Assembly: GCA_945874735.1 (NCBI GenBank)
Contig: CAMCHI010000004.1
Location: 508-64,507, forward strand
Direction of reading: 5' to 3'
Origin: an uncultured Arcanobacterium sp.
Lineage (GTDB): Bacteria > Actinomycetota > Actinomycetes > Actinomycetales > Actinomycetaceae
Length of the DNA stretch: 64,000 nucleotides
The translations under genes were made by a program, and so were the position numbers. The notes below the pieces were generated by a model that ran no database searches, had not been told where the DNA came from, and saw nothing but the letters and a program-made list of their open reading frames with translations. Below, in pieces: positions 62,932-64,000 of the stretch; the stretch's first letter is position 1; each line of letters opens with the position of its first letter.

Positions 62932-63923
62932 TGCAGATTTGGAAAAATAAACAAGATATTCCAGAAAACCGTGGGAAAACTGTAGTTACTATCGGAATTT
63001 TTGATGGAGTGCATAAGGGGCATCGCGCCGTATTAGCCAAGACGGTAGAAATTGCTAAAGAGTTGGGTCTGAAATCGGTGGCTCTTACTTTTGACCCGCA
63101 TCCACGATTAGTGCACCAGCCTGATGTGCCTTTGCAATTAGTTACTTCTCTTAATGATCGCCTGCATCGCTTGGAAGCTGCCGGTATTGATATTGTGCGA
63201 TTGCAAAAATACGATTTGGAATACGCCAGTGCTACGGCGGAGGAATTTTTAGTACACCAAATTTTGGGTGAGCTAAATGCACATACAGTAGTGGTGGGCA
63301 GTGATGTTCGTTTCGGGAAAGGCAATGAAGCTGACGGAGCTTATTTGCAAAAACGAGGCGCAGAGTTAGGCTTGCAAGTAGTTTTGGTATCTGATTTGTG
63401 CGATGCGCACGGTAGACGGTGGTCGTCTACCTGGGTGCGTGATTTACTGGCACAAGGTGAGGTGGAAACAGCAGCTCAAGTTTTAGGGCGCTATCATCGC
63501 ATTCGTGGGGTGGTGCAACACGGTTTTAAGCGGGGGCGTGAACTAGGGTTTCCTACCGCTAATTTAACGGGTGCAGATTTGGGAGAAGTGCCAGCTGACG
63601 GAGTGTATGCTGGCTGGTTAGTGCGTGCAGTGGGAGATTCTCCAGCTACCGTGCATTTGCCGGCTGCTATTTCGGTGGGGACTAATCCGCATTTTGCGGG
63701 AGAACAACGCACAGTAGAAGCACACGTATTGGGTCGTAGTGACTTGAATTTGTATGGGCAAGAAATAGCGATAGATTTTGTACAGTATTTACGTCCGATG
63801 CAAGTGTTTGCCTCTTTGGAAGGTTTGCTACAGCAGATGGACGAAGATTTGCGACATTGTGCGGAAGTTTTAGGTGTGCCGGTGGCGTATCGGGTAGATC
63901 CTGCAATGGTAACGGCTACTTAA
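62931..63923 (+). CDS. ribF: Bifunctional riboflavin kinase/FMN adenylyltransferase
   Basis: IGIFDGVHKGH, TFDPHP, WSSTWVR, GRELGFPTAN, VEAH. Confidence 0.96.
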   Translation: MQIWKNKQDIPENRGKTVVTIGIFDGVHKGHRAVLAKTVEIAKELGLKSVALTFDPHPRLVHQPDVPLQLVTSLNDRLHRLEAAGIDIVRLQKYDLEYASATAEEFLVHQILGELNAHTVVVGSDVRFGKGNEADGAYLQKRGAELGLQVVLVSDLCDAHGRRWSSTWVRDLLAQGEVETAAQVLGRYHRIRGVVQHGFKRGRELGFPTANLTGADLGEVPADGVYAGWLVRAVGDSPATVHLPAAISVGTNPHFAGEQRTVEAHVLGRSDLNLYGQEIAIDFVQYLRPMQVFASLEGLLQQMDEDLRHCAEVLGVPVAYRVDPAMVTAT

Positions 63924-64000
63924 AATTGTTTGTTTGGTGCTCTTAATTTCTAGGAAAGATTGAGTAAGCTCTCAAATTATGAAGCTAGTTTAGCTTGGAG

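Overview
Mostly core-genome window from a low-GC actinobacterium. Family Actinomycetaceae is inferred from gene content, the translational ileS T-box, type-2 IleRS/ValRS and GuaB1. Gene order: clpX end, chorismate mutase, fadD, valS, proC, T-box, ileS, folC, ndh, ndk, smc, ftsY, ffh, amidohydrolase, CDF transporter, rpsP, khpA, [AT-rich insert], rimM, trmD, rplS, lepB, rnhB, DUF2469, yraN, comM, dprA, xerC, M23 peptidase, rpsB, tsf, [guaB1, htaA, hmuTUV, small Cys-rich ORF], pyrH, frr, cdsA, rlmN, DivIVA-repeat protein, dxr, ispG, proS, hypothetical, rimP, nusA, infB, rbfA, truB, [hemH, small Cys-rich ORF], ribF. I saw no rRNA, tRNA, CRISPR array, transposase or prophage. The most striking unexplained signal is a chain of three tiny ORFs joined by overlapping ATGA stop/start sites directly upstream of infB, a candidate translation-sensing leader. 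Other notable items: TrmD fused to a degenerate GNAT-like domain; two small Cys-rich ORFs (39 aa behind the heme ABC transporter, 84 aa coupled to ribF); a three-domain sortase-anchored HtaA-like protein under a DtxR box; a much enlarged ileS T-box; an AT-rich DUF1919 insert; and an E. coli-like ferrochelatase. All family assignments come from reading motifs by eye; no database searches were run.
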